The notes under the pieces: generated by a model
What the model saw: the letters and a program-made list of their open reading frames with translations, nothing else
Database searches by the model: none
Told to the model about the DNA's origin: nothing
Program-made: the position numbers and the translations under genes
NCBI GenBank assembly: GCA_041548245.1
Contig: JBFESZ010000010.1
Span: forward strand, 1-39,262
DNA: 39,262 nucleotides
DNA from: Sulfurimonadaceae bacterium
GTDB lineage: Bacteria; Campylobacterota; Campylobacteria; Campylobacterales; Sulfurimonadaceae
Reading direction: 5' to 3'
Shown: piece by piece, positions 19,150 to 28,563 of the stretch
Position numbering within the stretch: position 1 is the stretch's first letter
Layout: each line of letters opens with the position of its first letter

Positions 19150-20913
19150 ATGCGAACGCATTATTGTACTGATTTAAACGAGAGCCACATTGGACAAGAC
19201 GTTACTGTTGCTGGTTGGGCAAACAGCCATAGAGACCACGGCGGTATTATTTTTATTGACCTAAGAGACAACAGTGGATTGGTCCAATTGACGTGTGATC
19301 CGGCTGACAGTAAGGACGCGCATGCAAAAGCAGACAGTGTTCGTGATGAATTTGTATTGATTGCCAAAGGTAAAGTCCGCGCTCGCGGTGAAGGTCTGAC
19401 CAACCCGCGTCTTAAAACAGGAACTATTGAAATCGTTGTTGATGAATTGATCATCGAGAACCGTTCTGAACCTGTTCCTTTTGTTATCGGCGATGACAAA
19501 GTCGGTGAAGAGATAAGACTTAAGTACCGTTATTTGGAACTACGTAACACAAAAACCTATGATACTTTCCGTCTGCGTTCTAAAGCAGCTATTGCAGCTC
19601 GTAATTCATTGGATGAGCTGGGTTTTCTTGAAGTTGAGACACCTATTCTCACCAAATCTACACCGGAAGGTGCGCGTGACTACCTTGTACCTTCACGCGT
19701 TCATCAGGGTGAATTCTATGCGCTGCCGCAATCGCCTCAACTTTTCAAACAGCTGCTTATGGTAGGTGGTTTTGATAAATATTTCCAGATTGCGCGCTGT
19801 TTTAGAGATGAAGACCTAAGAGCCGACCGTCAACCTGAGTTTACGCAGATAGATGTCGAGATGAGCTTCTGTAATCAAGAGGATGTTATCGCTACGGCAG
19901 AAAAACTTTTAAAAGATATGTTTAGTGCCTGCGGTGTTGAAGTTCAAACTCCATTCCCGCGTATGACACACTCCAATGCCATGGAAAAATACGGTTCAGA
20001 CAAGCCTGACCTTCGCTATGGACTTGAGATGGTCGACGTCATTGACATCTTCGCAAAATGTGATAACGAAATCTTCACAAAAATCGCAGAACAACCGAAA
20101 ACCAACAGAATCAAAGCACTTAGAGTCCCTCAAGGTGATACAATCTTTTCTAAGCGTGAAATGAAAAGCTTTGAAGACTTTGTGCGCAAATTCGGTGCAG
20201 CAGGTCTAGGTTACTTCCAGATGAAAGAAGATGGGCTCAAAGGACCACTGACCAAATTTTTCGCCCAATCAGAGATCGATGCCCTAGTCGAACGTTGTGA
20301 GCTTGAAGTAGGCGACGTGGTCTTCTTTGGGGCCGGTGAGAAGAAAGTTGTATGGGATTATATGGGACGCTTCCGTATCTTCTTGGCAGAGCATGAGAAG
20401 ATGGATATCATCAATCCGGATGAATTCGCATTCACATGGGTCGTTGACTTTCCAATGTTCGAGATCGAAGATGGTCATGTTAAAGCACTGCACCATCCAT
20501 TTACTATGCCAGCAGACATGGATAAAGAACATATTGAAGATATTGAATCAATCGCCTATGATATCGTTCTTAACGGAACAGAACTGGGCGGTGGATCTAT
20601 TCGTATCCACAAAGAGGAAATCCAGTCAAAAGTCTTTGAACTTATGGGTATTGACCATGAAGAGGCACAATCAAAATTCGGTTTCCTTCTTGATGCACTT
20701 AAGTTCGGTGCACCTCCACACGGCGGCTTTGCTATTGGTTTCGACCGTCTTATTATGCTGCTGACCAAACAAAATTCTATTCGTGATGTAATCGCTTTCC
20801 CTAAAACCCAGAAAGCTTCATGTCTTTTAACGGAGGCACCGAGCACGGTTGATAATTCTCAGCTTCGAGACCTTCATATCCGTCTTAGAGAGTCCGCCAA
20901 GAAAGATGCATAA
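19150..20913 (+). CDS. aspS: Aspartate-tRNA ligase, probably non-discriminating (Asp/Asn)
   Basis: [53 protein letters not shown]. Confidence 0.98.
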   Translation: MRTHYCTDLNESHIGQDVTVAGWANSHRDHGGIIFIDLRDNSGLVQLTCDPADSKDAHAKADSVRDEFVLIAKGKVRARGEGLTNPRLKTGTIEIVVDELIIENRSEPVPFVIGDDKVGEEIRLKYRYLELRNTKTYDTFRLRSKAAIAARNSLDELGFLEVETPILTKSTPEGARDYLVPSRVHQGEFYALPQSPQLFKQLLMVGGFDKYFQIARCFRDEDLRADRQPEFTQIDVEMSFCNQEDVIATAEKLLKDMFSACGVEVQTPFPRMTHSNAMEKYGSDKPDLRYGLEMVDVIDIFAKCDNEIFTKIAEQPKTNRIKALRVPQGDTIFSKREMKSFEDFVRKFGAAGLGYFQMKEDGLKGPLTKFFAQSEIDALVERCELEVGDVVFFGAGEKKVVWDYMGRFRIFLAEHEKMDIINPDEFAFTWVVDFPMFEIEDGHVKALHHPFTMPADMDKEHIEDIESIAYDIVLNGTELGGGSIRIHKEEIQSKVFELMGIDHEEAQSKFGFLLDALKFGAPPHGGFAIGFDRLIMLLTKQNSIRDVIAFPKTQKASCLLTEAPSTVDNSQLRDLHIRLRESAKKDA

Positions 20914-20916
20914 CCG

Positions 20917-21489
20917 ATGAAAAAGTTGATTCTCATCATCGGTGCTCCAGGTTCAGGGAAGACAACTGATGCTGAACTGATTGCTCAGAAGAACGCTGAC
21001 ATCATCAAGCACTATTCAACTGGCGACCTGCTTCGTGAAGAGGCTGCTTCTGGGTCAGAACGTGGAAAGATCATCGATAGTTTCATTTCAAAGGGAAATA
21101 TCGTTCCTATAGAGATCGCTATTGAAACCATAATTTCTGCTATCAAAAACACTCAGATGGACACGATTATAATCGATGGCTACCCCCGATCAAACGAGCA
21201 GATGAGTGCACTGGATGAGTATCTGAAAAAAGAGAGCTCAATCAAGTTGACAAATGTTATTGAAGTCGTGGTTTGCGAAGCAACAGCCCGAGATAGAGTA
21301 CTGGGACGTGCCCGCGGTGCCGATGACAATGATGAAGTCTTTAACAACCGTATGAGGGTGTACACTGAACCTCTGGCTGATATTCAAAACTTCTATTCCT
21401 CGCAGAATCTTCTCACAAAGATATCAGGTGAAGCTCCGATAGAAGAGGTTGTTTCCGAAATGGAAACATTCATAAAAACCATAATATAG
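20917..21489 (+). CDS. adk: Adenylate kinase (short-LID form)
   Basis: GAPGSGKTT, STGDLLR, IDGYPR, RARGADD. Confidence 0.95.
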   Translation: MKKLILIIGAPGSGKTTDAELIAQKNADIIKHYSTGDLLREEAASGSERGKIIDSFISKGNIVPIEIAIETIISAIKNTQMDTIIIDGYPRSNEQMSALDEYLKKESSIKLTNVIEVVVCEATARDRVLGRARGADDNDEVFNNRMRVYTEPLADIQNFYSSQNLLTKISGEAPIEEVVSEMETFIKTII

Positions 21490-21524
21490 TTTGCTATATA
21501 ACTTTTTATATAGCAAACTATTTT
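21486..21524 (+). terminator. Perfect 16-bp inverted repeat after adk (probable intrinsic terminator)
   Basis: ATAGTTTGCTATATAA-CTTT-TTATATAGCAAACTAT (21486-21521) followed by Ts. Confidence 0.7.
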
Positions 21525-21546
21525 CTATCACATCTAAAGATAATTT

Positions 21547-21792
21547 ATGATCATTGAAGTATACAAATCTGCCTTATGTCCACGCTGTGCTTACACTCTA
21601 CACACCCTAAAACAACTTCAAAATGAACTGGGTGATATAAAAATCAAACAGTTCGATCTTTTCTCTGATATCACTTCATTCCGTAAAGCGAATATCCGCA
21701 TGATTCCTACTATACGTATTGCAGAGACTAAAAAATCCTGGGTCATTCCCAATAAAAATGAAATCAAAGACTTTATCCTAAAGCATCGGTAA
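21547..21792 (+). CDS. Small thioredoxin/glutaredoxin-fold protein
   Basis: EVYKSALCPRC CxxC motif and MIPT cis-Pro loop at the expected spacing; 81 aa. Confidence 0.75.
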   Translation: MIIEVYKSALCPRCAYTLHTLKQLQNELGDIKIKQFDLFSDITSFRKANIRMIPTIRIAETKKSWVIPNKNEIKDFILKHR

Positions 21793-22055
21793 TGTCATAT
21801 TTTGTTTATATCCTTAAGTGCAATGACGACACCCTTTATACCGGTATTGCCAAAGATGTGCAACAGCGACTGATCGAACACAACAGTTCTGAAAAAGGCG
21901 CCAAATATACAAGAACCCGTCGCCCGGTAGACCTTGTCTATATTGAAGAATCAGAGAACCGCAGCAGCGCCAGTAAACGTGAATACGCTATTAAAAAGAT
22001 GAGTCGCTCACAAAAACTCCTGCTCATACAGGAGTCAAATGAAACTATGGTATAA
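21792..22055 (+). CDS. Stand-alone GIY-YIG nuclease (UPF0213, YhbQ/YazA-like)
   Basis: YFVYIL-x-C-x-D-x-TLYTG, RL-x2-HN, GAKYTR-x-RRPV, ASKREYAIK; TAATG-coupled to the upstream gene. Confidence 0.92.
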   Translation: MSYFVYILKCNDDTLYTGIAKDVQQRLIEHNSSEKGAKYTRTRRPVDLVYIEESENRSSASKREYAIKKMSRSQKLLLIQESNETMV

Positions 22056-22056
22056 T
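22048..22056 (+). promoter_or_regulatory. Extended -10 promoter (TGgTATAAT) for rpsU
   Basis: Perfect TGnTATAAT overlapping the GIY-YIG stop, about 40 nt upstream of the rpsU ATG, with an AAGGTG RBS. Confidence 0.65.
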
Positions 22057-22094
22057 TACAATCTAATAATAATTAGAGAAAGAAGGTGAATGCA

Positions 22095-22307
22095 ATGCCA
22101 GGTGTTATCTTAAAAGCTGATGACAACTTTGACGCTGCGTACCGTCGTTTCAAAAAACAAACAGACAGAAATCTGATTGTTACTGAAGCGCGTGCTAGAC
22201 GTTTCCACGAAACAGAAACTGAAAAGCGCAAAAAAGAGAAGATCAGCACTCGCAAGAAAATTCTTAAACGTCTTTTCATGATGAGACGCTACGAATCTCG
22301 CCTGTAA
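22095..22307 (+). CDS. rpsU: 30S ribosomal protein S21
   Basis: MPG...[28 protein letters not shown]...MRRYESRL, the Campylobacterota-type S21. Confidence 0.97.
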   Translation: MPGVILKADDNFDAAYRRFKKQTDRNLIVTEARARRFHETETEKRKKEKISTRKKILKRLFMMRRYESRL

Positions 22308-22330
22308 TTTCAAAGAGATTACAGTTTCTT

Positions 22331-22358
22331 TCAAAGCCTTTGGGCTTTGACTGTTTTT
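22331..22358 (+). terminator. Intrinsic terminator after rpsU
   Basis: TCAAAGCC-TTTG-GGCTTTGA stem-loop followed by CTGTTTTT, between convergent genes. Confidence 0.7.
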
Positions 22359-22989
22359 ATTTAAACCTCTGCAATATCCACTCACGAATTTCATGCAACT
22401 CGCGTATATCAACAGTATGACTCTTGTGATAAGCCCGAAAATCAATAGCAAATCCACTTTTTTGTAAAAACTTTATCTGAGAGCTACTTTGATCAAAGTC
22501 AAGTACATTATCTTCATATCCATGCGTACAGAGCCAGTTCGCTTTGTTGACATTAACCTTCATCTCTTCCAATAACTTGTTAGCATCATATATGTAGCCG
22601 CTGACTGCGATATAGCCGGCCAATGCCTCGTTATAGCGTGAGCCAAACTCAAATGTCAGCAAAGAACCCTGGGAAAAACCAAAAAGTATAGTCTGTGACG
22701 GTTTGTATCCATTTTGAAACAAAGTATCAAACACTTCGGTCAAAATCTTTCTTGAGTATTCGATACCCGGAAGCTGGTTAGGGGGTAAGTCATACCAGGA
22801 GAATCCCGTATAATACTCAAAAGGAGCATTCAAAAGGAGAAAGTTCACGTCATCAAAGCCAAGTTCCTGTGGAAAAAAACGAAAACCCTCGGCCGAGTCT
22901 CCGCGGCCATGCAAAATGATAATTAATTTATCTGAAGGTTTTACAGAGGGAAAAAAGAGAGAATCTAAAGGCAGATCATTCATCATCAT
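22357..22989 (-). CDS. Phospholipase/carboxylesterase (alpha/beta hydrolase)
   Basis: LHGRG oxyanion motif, GFSQG nucleophile elbow, HG-x-ED and C-terminal His. Confidence 0.9.
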   Translation of the reverse strand: MMMNDLPLDSLFFPSVKPSDKLIIILHGRGDSAEGFRFFPQELGFDDVNFLLLNAPFEYYTGFSWYDLPPNQLPGIEYSRKILTEVFDTLFQNGYKPSQTILFGFSQGSLLTFEFGSRYNEALAGYIAVSGYIYDANKLLEEMKVNVNKANWLCTHGYEDNVLDFDQSSSQIKFLQKSGFAIDFRAYHKSHTVDIRELHEIREWILQRFK

Positions 22990-23254
22990 TTAAAGCACGG
23001 ATCTCTTTTAAAATCTCTTTGCACTCAGCAAGGTTTTCTGCGCATTCATCCTCATCCATCTCACCAGTCTCGGCTTCAAAAGCCATCTCTTTAAATTCAC
23101 GTCTCATCTCCTGTGCTTCTTTAAACTCGGCCTTGTCCTCATCCGAAGCGTTTTTGTTGTCTGCTATCTCTTCACACATCTCATCTATGATGTTCTCTAT
23201 TTCAGGAATGATCTCTTCGTTTAGTATTTTGATCAGTTCTTCAGCTTTTGTCAT
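22976..23254 (-). CDS. Highly acidic alpha-helical hypothetical protein
   Basis: TATAAT and GAGG RBS upstream; about one third Asp/Glu; overlaps the esterase start. Confidence 0.75.
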   Translation of the reverse strand: MTKAEELIKILNEEIIPEIENIIDEMCEEIADNKNASDEDKAEFKEAQEMRREFKEMAFEAETGEMDEDECAENLAECKEILKEIRALNDDE

Positions 23255-23292
23255 TATCTATCCTCACTATTTAGTCTTGTGATTATATCGCA

Positions 23293-24462
23293 TTACATGC
23301 CAGGAATACGTGGTATCTTTCCTAGTTTTGATAATTTACAATACTGTCCCCATCCTCGTTTAAGCCAATGACCAAAAATAGGCATCGGGACCATATAAGA
23401 TTTCTTATTATCTCTGAAAGCAAGTCCTGCACCATCTCCGCTGTCCATCAAGCATATGATGTTCATATGTTCCTGATATCCTTTACGATCGCTCAAACCC
23501 TTCTCCTTGGCAATTATGTTAAAAGCCGTATTCTTGGCCATTACTTCAGCTATGTGTCCTTGCTTGGCTCTCCATTCAGGGCCTTCTATCGCTGCCGAGT
23601 CCCCTACTGCAAAGACATTCTCATATCCTTTGACCTCACAAAAATCATTGATTGCCACAAAACCTGCTTCGTTCAGCGGAAGGTCTGATTCTTTTATGAC
23701 ATCATGTCCGTCACCAGCCGGTATAAACATTATAAGATCACTCTGTAGTTTCGTATCATCTTCAAAAATGATACTATCCTCTTCAAATGACTTGATCTTT
23801 TTTCCAAAATGTCTGTTGATTCCTGCACGTATGAACATTTTCTCCATCATTGCCAATGATTTTTCACCTAATCTTACTCCGGGCCGGGGCATCGGAGCAA
23901 ACATATGAAGTTCAAAATTTTCTCGGATACCTTTTTTTCTTAGCAAGGTTTCAACATTAAACAAGAGTTCAAATCCAGGTCCGCCGCGAACAGCACTTGT
24001 ATCTTTTGGATTGCCGCCAAAACCGAATGCTATTTTCCCTTCGCCTTTGGATATCAGAGCATCTATACGGTCTCGTATAGCTATGGAGTGTTCAGGGATG
24101 CCACAAATGGACAAGGTGTGTTCTACACCTTTAGGTTTCATCTTGCCCGCTCCCATGGCTATAACGAGGTAATCATACTCGCTTATCACCTCGCCACTGC
24201 GCAATGTTATCTCGTTTTGTTTTGCATTGATCTTCACAACACCATCAACCACTAACTTGAAGCCATGGGCTTTTTGAAGCTTCTTAAGATCAAGACAGAC
24301 ATCTTTAAAATCTGCTTTTCTTGTCGGGACCCAAATGGATGTAGGATAGATGTAGAAATAGTCCCTGTCACTTACTAATGTAACATCATACTTCTCTTTT
24401 CGAAGATAGATAGCAGTATCAATACCCGCAAAGCCTCCGCCAAGAACCAGGACCTTTTTCAT
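23293..24462 (-). CDS. sqrF: Sulfide:quinone oxidoreductase, type VI (SqrF-like)
   Basis: GGGFAG FAD motif, P-x-SIWVP, SICG, GFGGNPKDTSAVRGGP-x-FE, DFCEV, KQGHIA, IICLMD and C-terminal amphipathic HWLKRGW. Confidence 0.82.
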   Translation of the reverse strand: MKKVLVLGGGFAGIDTAIYLRKEKYDVTLVSDRDYFYIYPTSIWVPTRKADFKDVCLDLKKLQKAHGFKLVVDGVVKINAKQNEITLRSGEVISEYDYLVIAMGAGKMKPKGVEHTLSICGIPEHSIAIRDRIDALISKGEGKIAFGFGGNPKDTSAVRGGPGFELLFNVETLLRKKGIRENFELHMFAPMPRPGVRLGEKSLAMMEKMFIRAGINRHFGKKIKSFEEDSIIFEDDTKLQSDLIMFIPAGDGHDVIKESDLPLNEAGFVAINDFCEVKGYENVFAVGDSAAIEGPEWRAKQGHIAEVMAKNTAFNIIAKEKGLSDRKGYQEHMNIICLMDSGDGAGLAFRDNKKSYMVPMPIFGHWLKRGWGQYCKLSKLGKIPRIPGM

Positions 24463-24535
24463 ATTCAAACCTTATAAAACTTATATTATTAGTTTATATT
24501 ACAATTTTTATAACCCAAGGTCAAGTAAATATTCA

Positions 24536-26332
24536 CTACTGCTGTGCTTTTAGCTCAATGCAACGATTTAGAAACAGCTTGCCATATCGTTCAAACTTGG
24601 CCTCGCCTACCCCACTAATACGCAGCATCCCATCTTTATCCTGAGGGAGAAAACTAGCCATCTCTTTAAGGCTTTTATCTCCAAATACAATATAGGCAGG
24701 TTTCCCCTCTTCTTTTGCAATTTCAGCGCGCAATGCGCGTAAACTATCAAAAATATTGACATTAATGTCAGTATCATCGTGATGAGAAACATATGTCCTT
24801 TTCTTCTTAAGATGCAGGCGCTCTTCTTTGATATCCACATTACACTCTTTTTTCAAGATCTTCATGCCTGCAGTGTCAATCATCAATGCACGGAACTCCC
24901 CTCGTTTGAGTGCCCCAATCTCCATCAAGCGTTCTGCCAGAAGGTCCCAATATGCTTTTGATTGTTCTCTTCCTATTCCATAGACCGAAAGTTCTTGATG
25001 ATTGTTCTCACGTATTTTTTCCATGCTGCTTCCACGTAGAACATCAATAACATAGCCCTGACCAAAACGCTGATTAGTTCGATAAATACAGGAGAGGAGT
25101 TTCTGTGCATCGATAGTGATATCGACTTTTTGGCTTTGAGGTGCACAACAGTTGTCACACCTTGTTCCACATAAATCGAGCTGATCTTCAAAATAGTTGG
25201 CGATATATTGATGACGGCACTCTTCCATATCTGCATAGCGTGCCATAAGCTCTAGCTTGTTAAATGCATTTTGCTTATAAGGGCCTTCTTCAAGCTGTTC
25301 TATAAACTCGCGTTGCATCATCATATCCGAACCGCTATATAAAAGTAATACCTCCGAATCCAATCCGTCACGACCGGCACGCCCTATCTCTTGATAATAG
25401 TTTTCTATCGTCTTTGGAAGGCTCATATGTACTACAAAACGGATATTGCTTTTGTCAATTCCCATTCCAAAAGCGATTGTGGCTACAACAACTTGTATCT
25501 CGTCATGAGCAAAGGCCCTGAAAGTCTCTTCTTTTTCACTATTTGGCAATCCCGCATGGAAAGGCTTTGCTTTTATTCCCTTGTTCTGTAAATAATTGGC
25601 TAAAGATTCCGTCTGTTTGCGTGAAAATGCATAGACAATACCGCTTTCATTGTTAAAGCTTTTCAAAAACTCCAGAAGCTGTGCTCTACCATCTTTAATG
25701 CGGGGCTCGACACTGATATGAAGATTTTTCCGAAAGAGCTTACCTCTTATCTCGACAGGTTTCATCAGACATAATGATGAAGTGATATCAGATTGGACTT
25801 TTGGTGTTGCAGTTGCGGTAAAAGCGGCAATACTGATACCAGGAAAGTTTTCACGCAACAGGTTTAGTTTTCTGTAGTCGTCTCTAAACTCATGCCCCCA
25901 TTCACTCACACAGTGTGCTTCATCTATGACAAAAAAATTGATTCGAACCTGTTTTAAAAGTTCTAAAAACACTGGGGATGAAAAACGCTCAGGTGCCACA
26001 TACAAAAGCTTGAGTTGACCGCTTAAAAGTTCATAACGTATAAGATCCAGCTCTTCTCTACTTTGCATTGATGAGATCATCTCTGCTTTGATATCATTTG
26101 CCTTTAAAGCAAGTACTTGATCGTGCATCAGAGCCAGAAGAGGCGAGACAACGACCGTGACACCCGGCATCATCAACGAGGGAAGCTGATAACATAAAGA
26201 CTTTCCTCCTCCCGTCGGCATGATCATTAACAGATCTCTTTGATGCAAGATGGCATCAACCGCATCTTCTTGCAAAGAGCGGAACTGTTTGTGGCCGAAA
26301 ACTGATTTCAATAACTCATATTTTTGTATCAA
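24536..26332 (-). CDS. recQ: ATP-dependent DNA helicase RecQ
   Basis: PTGGGKSLCYQLP, DEAHCVSEWGHEFR, QEIGRAGRDG, Zn-binding Cys cluster, RQC and HRDC domains. Confidence 0.97.
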   Translation of the reverse strand: MIQKYELLKSVFGHKQFRSLQEDAVDAILHQRDLLMIMPTGGGKSLCYQLPSLMMPGVTVVVSPLLALMHDQVLALKANDIKAEMISSMQSREELDLIRYELLSGQLKLLYVAPERFSSPVFLELLKQVRINFFVIDEAHCVSEWGHEFRDDYRKLNLLRENFPGISIAAFTATATPKVQSDITSSLCLMKPVEIRGKLFRKNLHISVEPRIKDGRAQLLEFLKSFNNESGIVYAFSRKQTESLANYLQNKGIKAKPFHAGLPNSEKEETFRAFAHDEIQVVVATIAFGMGIDKSNIRFVVHMSLPKTIENYYQEIGRAGRDGLDSEVLLLYSGSDMMMQREFIEQLEEGPYKQNAFNKLELMARYADMEECRHQYIANYFEDQLDLCGTRCDNCCAPQSQKVDITIDAQKLLSCIYRTNQRFGQGYVIDVLRGSSMEKIRENNHQELSVYGIGREQSKAYWDLLAERLMEIGALKRGEFRALMIDTAGMKILKKECNVDIKEERLHLKKKRTYVSHHDDTDINVNIFDSLRALRAEIAKEEGKPAYIVFGDKSLKEMASFLPQDKDGMLRISGVGEAKFERYGKLFLNRCIELKAQQ

Positions 26333-26492
26333 AAAACCTGTTGTCCCTTCATATTTTTTAATATTGCCCTGCTGTTTATACAGAATGACATCATATCAGG
26401 ATTATACTGGGACAAAGCCATAAAAAAAGTAGATTCAAGTATTTAAAGGAAGAAGTGCAAAAAAAGAGTTTATATATAAGAGAGTCTGTTTT

Positions 26493-27038
26493 TTACTCTC
26501 TTGATTTGTATACAAACTGTTGTGTTCCTGTACTTGCCTCAAACATCAAACCACCAGTACTGGAGGTAAATACATGTACATCTTTGGCAAAGTCGACATC
26601 AGCAGAAACTCCAGAATAAAAAGGCACCAGTGATGATTGTGTACTTGGTTTAAAACCACCTTTCTTGAAGGCTCGAAATGCATCCCTACTCATGAAGAAG
26701 ATGATCTCGCTGTACGCCTGTCCTCCGACTTGCAGACCAAAAGTATACTGAGTGAGACTGACATCACCGACCCATATCCCACGACGATAAGCACGCCCCT
26801 CACCATAGGCACCACCCAACAAGACTCCGCCTTTTGCTATACTCGGGAAAGCCACATAGGCATATGAGTTGTTTACCATAGCTGTGATCTTTTTATTCTC
26901 ATTCATAAACGCACGAATGGTCTTGTTATACCTGAGGTTCTCTGCCGCTTCTTTATCAAACACCTCTTTTTGTCGTGCTTCCAATGAAATAAAAAGCGTG
27001 GAGAACATCAGAACGATCAACAGTGCTCTTTTAAACAT
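26493..27038 (-). CDS. Secreted SYLF/Ysc84 lipid-binding domain protein
   Basis: Signal peptide from the ATG at 27038; FP-x-IAKGG-x2-LGGAYGEG, GLQVGGQ-x-YSEIIFF, GGLMFEAS. Confidence 0.85.
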   Translation of the reverse strand: MFKRALLIVLMFSTLFISLEARQKEVFDKEAAENLRYNKTIRAFMNENKKITAMVNNSYAYVAFPSIAKGGVLLGGAYGEGRAYRRGIWVGDVSLTQYTFGLQVGGQAYSEIIFFMSRDAFRAFKKGGFKPSTQSSLVPFYSGVSADVDFAKDVHVFTSSTGGLMFEASTGTQQFVYKSRE

Positions 27039-27105
27039 GATAGGCCTTTGTTTTTTAATCATTATAACAGAGTTCGATATACTTTCAATAAAAAAAGAGA
27101 GTCTC

Positions 27106-27690
27106 ATGTCACTTTATAGCATTGCCTGTGTCCTATTTGCCGGTGGAAAAAGTTCACGGATGGGTAAAGACAAAGCACATCTACCTTTTGCAGATGCCGA
27201 CAGCCTTACTCGTTATCAGTATGAAAGACTCATCAAGATTTTTGAGCGCGTTTATATATCAGCCAAAGATGCCCGCAAGTTTGATGATTTTGATGCCATG
27301 GTGATTGAAGATAATATCGCCAGGGATCTGTATGCTCCTACCGCCGGATTTGTAAACATATTCGAGCAACTTAAAGATGATAATGCAGTTTTTATCCTGA
27401 GTGTCGATGCACCTTTTGTTGGCAAAGATATTATTGAGAAACTTTTAAATACACCATATGAGAAGTTTGATGCAGTCATTGTAAGGACACCTGCCGGAAT
27501 CCACCCTTTGTGTGGTATCTATTCACGTTCGCTTGAAAATGCCATGTTGAAGATGATAGAAGAGGATGAGCACAAACTGGGAAGGCTGCTTAAAAGCTCT
27601 AATGTCTGTTATATTGATATCGATGATGAAGATGCCCTGACCAACATCAACACGCCACAGGAGTATGAAAAAGCATTGCGCATGCTTTAG
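27106..27690 (+). CDS. mobA: Molybdenum cofactor guanylyltransferase
   Basis: FAGGKSSRMGKDKA, SVDAPF, HPLCGIY, NINTPQE; real start at the ATG at 27106. Confidence 0.93.
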   Translation: MSLYSIACVLFAGGKSSRMGKDKAHLPFADADSLTRYQYERLIKIFERVYISAKDARKFDDFDAMVIEDNIARDLYAPTAGFVNIFEQLKDDNAVFILSVDAPFVGKDIIEKLLNTPYEKFDAVIVRTPAGIHPLCGIYSRSLENAMLKMIEEDEHKLGRLLKSSNVCYIDIDDEDALTNINTPQEYEKALRML

Positions 27691-28088
27691 AGTACCTGTT
27701 GCCAAACGATTTCGAGTTTGACCCTGCACTGCAGACGAAAACTCACCTCCGTATAAGCTTGCCACCATGGTTCATACCGGACGGCATGATGATCTTCATT
27801 GGCACCTGTTATCATAATATCAAAAAGATGGGCTACAAGATAAAAGAATTCATCTTTCTTTAGTTCTGTGCTCTCTTCTTCAAAAGCAAGAAGAACCCTG
27901 TTCGTGTAGAACTCTATAGACCTTTGCATATACTGCACATCATATTCATCATTGACAGCCTGATAAATATTTTTAATCAAGTTCCAGTCCTTGATACTGA
28001 AGAACTTTCTCAAGACGGGGTTATGACTCTCTGCCAAGGTCATATACGCACCTGTCGTATCATCCCATTCAATGTTTACATCATACAT
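27687..28088 (-). CDS. Hypothetical protein (133 aa)
   Basis: ATG with GAGG RBS, protein-like composition, fills the gap; no family recognised. Confidence 0.7.
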   Translation of the reverse strand: MYDVNIEWDDTTGAYMTLAESHNPVLRKFFSIKDWNLIKNIYQAVNDEYDVQYMQRSIEFYTNRVLLAFEEESTELKKDEFFYLVAHLFDIMITGANEDHHAVRYEPWWQAYTEVSFRLQCRVKLEIVWQQVL

Positions 28089-28160
28089 ATAGCCTCTTCT
28101 TTATATTAATTGAATTTTTCTGGTAACTCTTACAACAACAAGAAGAAGTTCACATTGTTC

Positions 28161-28535
28161 TCATTCACACTCATCTTTATCTATGTCTATATCCCAGACA
28201 ATACTCAGACCATATTCTCTATCCAGTACTGCCCATTTGAAATACTCGCTCTTGCTCCTTGGACTGTAAAGCCTGATCATCACCTGTTCTTCAGCAAGTA
28301 CGGTACGTATTTCCTTCTCACTTATCGCTTTTTTGTTCCACCGCATGAACTGGTTTTGAAATATACGAAATCCGCAAGTTGCCTTATCACTCAATTCACA
28401 CATATCATATTCAAAACTCCAGTGCGCGTTTGAGCAAGCATAGAGTTTAAGCGGTTTTGCATCGACTTCGATCTTACGAACTTCGATATGTCCATCTTCA
28501 CAAAACGGACATTTTCCCAACCTCTTATAAGCCAT
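28161..28535 (-). CDS. Stand-alone zinc-ribbon protein resembling the C-terminal repeat of type IA topoisomerase III
   Basis: LGKCPFC...YACSN...CGFRIF...KAISEKEIRTVL...LYS-x-RSK-x2-F pattern; GGA RBS. Confidence 0.65.
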   Translation of the reverse strand: MAYKRLGKCPFCEDGHIEVRKIEVDAKPLKLYACSNAHWSFEYDMCELSDKATCGFRIFQNQFMRWNKKAISEKEIRTVLAEEQVMIRLYSPRSKSEYFKWAVLDREYGLSIVWDIDIDKDECE

Positions 28536-28563
28536 CTGTTCAATCCTGCAGCATACATGCTAT

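Noticed and set aside
21792..22055. GIY-YIG as a homing endonuclease or mobile element
   Set aside because: 87-aa catalytic-only UPF0213 type, with no DNA-binding extension, intron or flanking repeats.
26869..27107. Long overlapping N-terminal extensions of mobA and the SYLF gene in the ORF track
   Set aside because: Longest-ORF artefacts; motifs and the signal peptide place the starts at 27106 (+) and 27038 (-), leaving a normal divergent promoter gap.
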